Origin: an archaeon | GTDB taxonomy: Archaea > Iainarchaeota > Iainarchaeia > Iainarchaeales > CSSED10-239 | NCBI GenBank assembly: GCA_035390665.1 | Contig: DAOOUC010000010.1 | Location: forward strand, 1-19,482 | Reading direction: 5' to 3' | DNA length: 19,482 nt | In this document: piece by piece, positions 16,226 to 19,482 of the stretch | How positions within the stretch are numbered: position 1 is the stretch's first letter | Layout of the letters: every line of letters begins with the position of its first letter | The notes under the pieces: generated by a model | Databases searched by the model: none | Told to the model about the DNA's origin: nothing | Seen by the model: the letters and a program-made list of their open reading frames with translations, nothing else | Program-made: the position numbers and the translations under genes

Positions 16226-16630
16226 ATGGACAATGCACAAACAAGAGAATATAAGAACGAATGGGATAGGGCTCACAAAGAAGATATAAAGATAAGGAAA
16301 AGGATCAGGGGCGCACTAATCAAGAAGACTCTTGTAGAATATAAAGGTGGTGCGTGTTCTGTGTGTGGATATAACAAAAACATAGCAGTTTTAAGTTTTC
16401 ACCACATAAATGATGAAAACAACCAGAAAGAATACGATATAAGTATCAGGATGGGCAATCGTTGTTCATTAGAAACCTTGAAAAAAGAAGCAGACAAGTG
16501 TATTCTAGTCTGTGAAAACTGTCACAGAGAAATACATCAGAAAGAACTTGATGAAAAATATAGAGAAATAGAAGAAAAATACATTGCTGGCTTAAGTGAT
16601 GCCAGCAGAGCATCATTGTTTAAAATCTAG
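16226..16630 (+). CDS. Free-standing HNH endonuclease
   Basis: CSVCGY...LSFHHINDEN...CILVCENCHREIH gives the CxxC...HH...N...CxxCH HNH zinc-finger nuclease core in a 134-aa protein. Local G+C is raised (25/60 at 16261-16320 and 22/60 at 16321-16380 by hand count). Confidence 0.8.
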   Translation: MDNAQTREYKNEWDRAHKEDIKIRKRIRGALIKKTLVEYKGGACSVCGYNKNIAVLSFHHINDENNQKEYDISIRMGNRCSLETLKKEADKCILVCENCHREIHQKELDEKYREIEEKYIAGLSDASRASLFKI

Positions 16631-16713
16631 AAAATGTCCAATATTTTGTGTAATTTAACTAAAATAAAAAAATCAAGATTTTAAGGCGATGACTTAATCA
16701 ACAAATACTGATT

Positions 16714-17010
16714 CTATTTTTCAGGGTAATATGTTTTTGTTGTAACAGATGTGCCAGTAGTTGTAGTTTCACATAAACATACGGGTTTGCAGCCTTCTGA
16801 ATCGTCACCATTACAACAACAATTCCAATAATGTACATGAGAAGCATCATCATATAAATCTGCATTTCCTGGGTTAGACCCTATTAAATTGGAACTCTCG
16901 ATCTTTTTTGCATTCCCGGTAGTTACATTTGTTATTATCATTCCTATTATTACACCAATCACTAAAGCAACTACTGCCCAAATGATCAACTTTGTTTTAT
17001 CATTTTTCAT
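16714..17010 (-). CDS. Small membrane-anchored or exported six-cysteine peptide (B), related to peptide A
   Basis: GGAG RBS. The N-terminus has one hydrophobic helix (LIIWAVVALVIGVIIGMIIT). The C-terminal part is WNCCCNGDDSEGCKPVCLCETTTTGTS (6 Cys, Thr-rich tail). A T7 run lies downstream of the stop on the minus strand. Confidence 0.6.
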   Translation of the reverse strand: MKNDKTKLIIWAVVALVIGVIIGMIITNVTTGNAKKIESSNLIGSNPGNADLYDDASHVHYWNCCCNGDDSEGCKPVCLCETTTTGTSVTTKTYYPEK

Positions 17011-17162
17011 TTTTTCATCTCCGTTTTTTATGTTTTTTTATGTTTTAAATTTTAACTTTATAAAGTTATTAATAAAATTAATAACCCTATTTGTATTAAA
17101 GAAGGAAAAGTATATAAAAGCTTCATTTTTTGGTTTTTTGGGCGTCCAAGTTTCTGTGTATT

Positions 17163-17720
17163 TTACTTCGCATTATTTTTCTTTGTTTGATATTTTATCT
17201 GTTGCTTTCTTGCCTTCTCACAGAGTCTTGTTATTTTTTTGTCTGTAAAGGGGTTGATGGCTTTTATGCCTGGAATCTTGTTGAAATCTTTTGTGTTTTC
17301 TGTGAAAATAAGATGAATATTGTTATTAAGCATTGTTTGTGCTAGAAGAGCATCAAAAAAATGCACGCCTGTTGAATAGGACAGATCTACTGCTTGCATA
17401 ATTGTATCAGAATTATATGACAAAACACAAAATAAATTAGAAATATTTTTTAAGCGATTATTTAATTCTGCAGGATTATCAAAACATTTAATTTTATTTT
17501 TAGTGACATTCACAAATTCTACAAGATTTTGTATGCTTATACATCCATATTTTAGATTATCTTCTGAAAGCAAATTAAAATAATTCCGTATCTTTTCTGA
17601 TTTATCTTCGGGATTTACGTTTGTATAAACAGTTACAAATATATTTGTGTCTATTAGATAAGGCTCTTTAGGGCTAGAATCTAATTTATCTAAATTTAAA
17701 TATAAGTTCTCAGCAATCAT
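17163..17720 (-). CDS. vapC: PIN-domain ribonuclease, VapC-like toxin
   Basis: PIN acidic residues are in context: YLIDTNIF, QNLVEF, FFDALLAQT, FTENTKDF. I prefer the ATG at 17720 (MIAENLYL...), which has GGTGAG 3 nt upstream, over the ATG at 17741. Confidence 0.75.
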   Translation of the reverse strand: MIAENLYLNLDKLDSSPKEPYLIDTNIFVTVYTNVNPEDKSEKIRNYFNLLSEDNLKYGCISIQNLVEFVNVTKNKIKCFDNPAELNNRLKNISNLFCVLSYNSDTIMQAVDLSYSTGVHFFDALLAQTMLNNNIHLIFTENTKDFNKIPGIKAINPFTDKKITRLCEKARKQQIKYQTKKNNAK

Positions 17721-17730
17721 AATCTCACCG

Positions 17731-17970
17731 TTATCTCTCATAAATTTCCGCTCTTGTTTTAGGCATCTTACCGCCTTTTCTAACCTTTAAAGGATTGGCC
17801 ATCAGATATTTTAAATGCTTAATCGCGTCTAATCTTTTATTTTCTTTTTCAGTTATAGTTTCAACAATTGTTTTACTTATTGCATCTTTTTTATTTCCAT
17901 ATTTGGCTTTAGCCATCTCTCGTAAAAGCTTTTCAGACTTATCATCCATTGATATTGTTATTACTCCCAT
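17731..17970 (-). CDS. vapB: RHH-type antitoxin, VapB-like
   Basis: MGVITISMDDKSEKLLREMAKAKYGNKKDAISKTIVETI has the strand-helix-helix RHH pattern. The ATG at 17970 is preceded by GGTGA; the track start at 18018 is a TTG. It lies immediately upstream of the PIN gene. Confidence 0.65.
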   Translation of the reverse strand: MGVITISMDDKSEKLLREMAKAKYGNKKDAISKTIVETITEKENKRLDAIKHLKYLMANPLKVRKGGKMPKTRAEIYER

Positions 17971-18020
17971 TTTCTCACCATTCTTTTTCCGTTTAATATA
18001 AATTAAAAGGAAGAACAAAA

Positions 18021-18038
18021 TGTTTTTAAAGGGGGTAG
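18021..18038 (-). repeat. C-rich motif CTACCCCCTTTAAAAACA (read on the minus strand), right copy of an inverted pair
   Basis: Plus strand reads TGTTTTTAAAGGGGGTAG. It sits between a TTTAAATATATA TATA-like box and the vapB start. It pairs with 15665-15681. Confidence 0.4.
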
Positions 18039-18106
18039 TTTTACTTAATTATATATTTAAATAATTAATTATTTAAATAATGGATTATTTAATTAATAAT
18101 AACTGC

Positions 18107-18179
18107 AAAAAAAATAAATGTAGAATGCGTCCAAGAAATAATGAGTGGTCTGATAGTTAATCTTTAAAAAAAATAAATG
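18107..18179 (-). terminator. Two oligo-T terminator signals downstream of the NlpC/P60 gene
   Basis: The 14-nt direct repeat AAAAAAAATAAATG occurs at 18107-18120 and 18166-18179, which is CATTTATTTTTTTT on the minus strand. The first T8 begins ~12 nt after the stop at 18191. Confidence 0.5.
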
Positions 18180-18190
18180 CAAAAATTAGA

Positions 18191-19482
18191 CTATCCTAAG
18201 TCCGCAATTAATCTAGCAGGAGGGGGATTGCCATAATCAGTAGAGGACCAATTTGCTCGTCCATTTGTTGTTGAAATCAAATTACCACTACAATCTATAT
18301 TTTGAGTATTTACTCTAGTTACTCTTGTAAAATATAATGGATATCTAAATGCGGTGTTAGAACTATTTGATAACTTTCCATTAAAACAATCATACATTAC
18401 TTTTCTTCCAACAGAAGATGCATGAATAAACTTATAACAATTAGGTTCGGTACCAACATAAATTCCTGCATGCCCAAATAATCCTGCTTTTGTAGTTAAA
18501 AATAATAAATCTCCGGGCCTTAAATATCTTAATTCACTTTCATTTCTAATTACCCCTACTTGACCAGAAATGTGCCCTTTATTCTTTTCAATAAAATCTG
18601 CAATTCCCCATCCGTTCCTAAACAATTCAACACAACGCATAGAATCATCAATATACCCCATATCCCTAAAAGAAACATATAGTAGCCCTACACAATCTAT
18701 GCCTTCCTTTAAATTTCCAAAATTTCTTATATATGCTCTATTTCTCCCTGCAAAAACATATGGAGTATTTAAATATTTGGCTGCTGTTCTTGAAAAATCT
18801 ATACTTGTTAAATCAGAATTATTTTCATTAAGATAATCTAACGAAATACGTGTTGCTTCTGAGTTAAAGTTTAATATAAAAGTTATCGGTTTTACTAAAT
18901 TATTAAATTCTGGTTCAAAATCTATAGAAAAAGAATAATTATTATCTTCTACTATTGTCTGTTGCTTTGTATTTATTTTTACCTTTAACAGAATATTATA
19001 TCCATTTATTATTTTATTTTGTGTTAAATAATCAAAGCAATTTTCTCCTTCTCTATTTGTAACTGTATTTAAATAATCTACAATTCTTTCTTTTGTTCTA
19101 GGAATAAATATATTATCAATTACTAAATCTTTATCAAATTTAGAATCCAATAAATTATCCGGAGAAATTTCATCTTCTGCCTCTTTTAATGATTCATAAT
19201 ATCTTATTATTTCTGTATTACAAAAGTTTGGTTGTATTTGGTTATATTTGTTTGAAGAGTAAAAATAAACAGAATCAAAATTAACATTAATATCCATTAG
19301 TTCAGGAAATGGATTACTTATTATTGGAGTTAAAGATAAATCACCTATAACAATATCTGAATATAGATATTCTTTTTGAATTAGTTCTTTATTAGAATTA
19401 ATATCCATAAACAAAACAATTTCTTTATCATCTATACTTTTTAGATAATACGTAGAAATAATATAAGGAACAATATCGCTTT
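18191..19482 (-). CDS. Large protein with a C-terminal NlpC/P60 cysteine peptidase domain; 5' end probably beyond the window
   Basis: AAKYLNTPYVFAGRN...GIDCVGLLYVSFRDMGY...PGDLLFL...FGHAGIYVG...FIHASS gives the NlpC/P60 Cys-His-His layout. The frame upstream of ATG 19408 / TTG 19414 stays open to base 19482 (SDIVPYIISTYYLKSIDDKEIVLF-MDIN...), with no RBS or promoter in between. Confidence 0.75.
   Translation of the reverse strand, partial: SDIVPYIISTYYLKSIDDKEIVLFMDINSNKELIQKEYLYSDIVIGDLSLTPIISNPFPELMDINVNFDSVYFYSSNKYNQIQPNFCNTEIIRYYESLKEAEDEISPDNLLDSKFDKDLVIDNIFIPRTKERIVDYLNTVTNREGENCFDYLTQNKIINGYNILLKVKINTKQQTIVEDNNYSFSIDFEPEFNNLVKPITFILNFNSEATRISLDYLNENNSDLTSIDFSRTAAKYLNTPYVFAGRNRAYIRNFGNLKEGIDCVGLLYVSFRDMGYIDDSMRCVELFRNGWGIADFIEKNKGHISGQVGVIRNESELRYLRPGDLLFLTTKAGLFGHAGIYVGTEPNCYKFIHASSVGRKVMYDCFNGKLSNSSNTAFRYPLYFTRVTRVNTQNIDCSGNLISTTNGRANWSSTDYGNPPPARLIADLG

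Noticed and set aside
16889-17345. Plus-strand ORFs 16889..17248 and 17130..17345
   Set aside because: They run antisense across the peptide B gene, its promoter and the vapC 3' end. Their translations are Phe/Leu/Ile-rich, as expected from reading AT-rich DNA, and no RBS is present.
17142-18135. TTGGAC(G/A) / GCGTCCAAG motif downstream of island genes (14609, 15174, 16636 rc, 17142-17150, 18127-18135)
   Set aside because: The hexamer TTGGAC also occurs repeatedly inside core CDSs (e.g. near 4250, 11025, 12329, 12912), and its expected count in AT-rich DNA is several per window. The 9-mer pair GCGTCCAAG is suggestive but alone is within what chance allows. Only the 15-mer pair at the RHH and GNAT stops was kept as a finding.
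18107-18179. 14-nt direct repeat AAAAAAAATAAATG x2 as a possible recombination site
   Set aside because: It is low-complexity A/T sequence that reads as oligo-T terminators on the coding (minus) strand. The simpler explanation is tandem termination signals.
1-19482. CRISPR arrays, rRNA, tRNA, transposase or integrase genes
   Set aside because: I saw no regularly spaced repeats, no G+C-rich cloverleaf-capable segments, and no ORF with DDE, tyrosine or serine recombinase motifs. The accessory island therefore has no identifiable mobility gene within this window.

Overview
AT-rich window (about 30% G+C from spot counts of 60-nt lines, not computed across the window). It is almost certainly archaeal and looks like a small-genome DPANN-type lineage. 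Support: an archaeal-type S-adenosylmethionine synthetase, a FlaJ/TadC-like pilus membrane protein coupled to a protein with a class III (prepilin-like) signal peptide, GGTGA/GGAG ribosome-binding sites, TATA-box and leaderless start geometry, and oligo-T terminators. Bases 1-14330 are tightly packed housekeeping and envelope genes: a type IV pilus-like module, ferredoxin plus endonuclease IV, a zinc-ribbon protein, a CofE-like ligase, a minimal GGDEF-like cyclase, an FAD oxidoreductase, a DHH/DHHA1 phosphoesterase, a membrane-anchored ArsR regulator, an MFS transporter, an MscS channel and MAT. Bases 14350-19482 look like an accessory island. It holds an unannotated 55-aa RHH gene coupled to a GNAT acetyltransferase, two related six-cysteine small exported peptides converging on a free-standing HNH endonuclease, about 650 bp of structured non-coding DNA, a VapBC (RHH-PIN) pair, and a large NlpC/P60 protein whose ORF is still open at the window edge. 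Short direct and inverted repeats punctuate these genes. The most unusual single gene is the 210-aa GGDEF-like protein. Its sequence reads as a circular permutation of the GGDEF fold, with the normally C-terminal SxGxA / AD-ALY-AK segment at the N-terminus. No rRNA, tRNA, CRISPR array, transposase or integrase could be supported.
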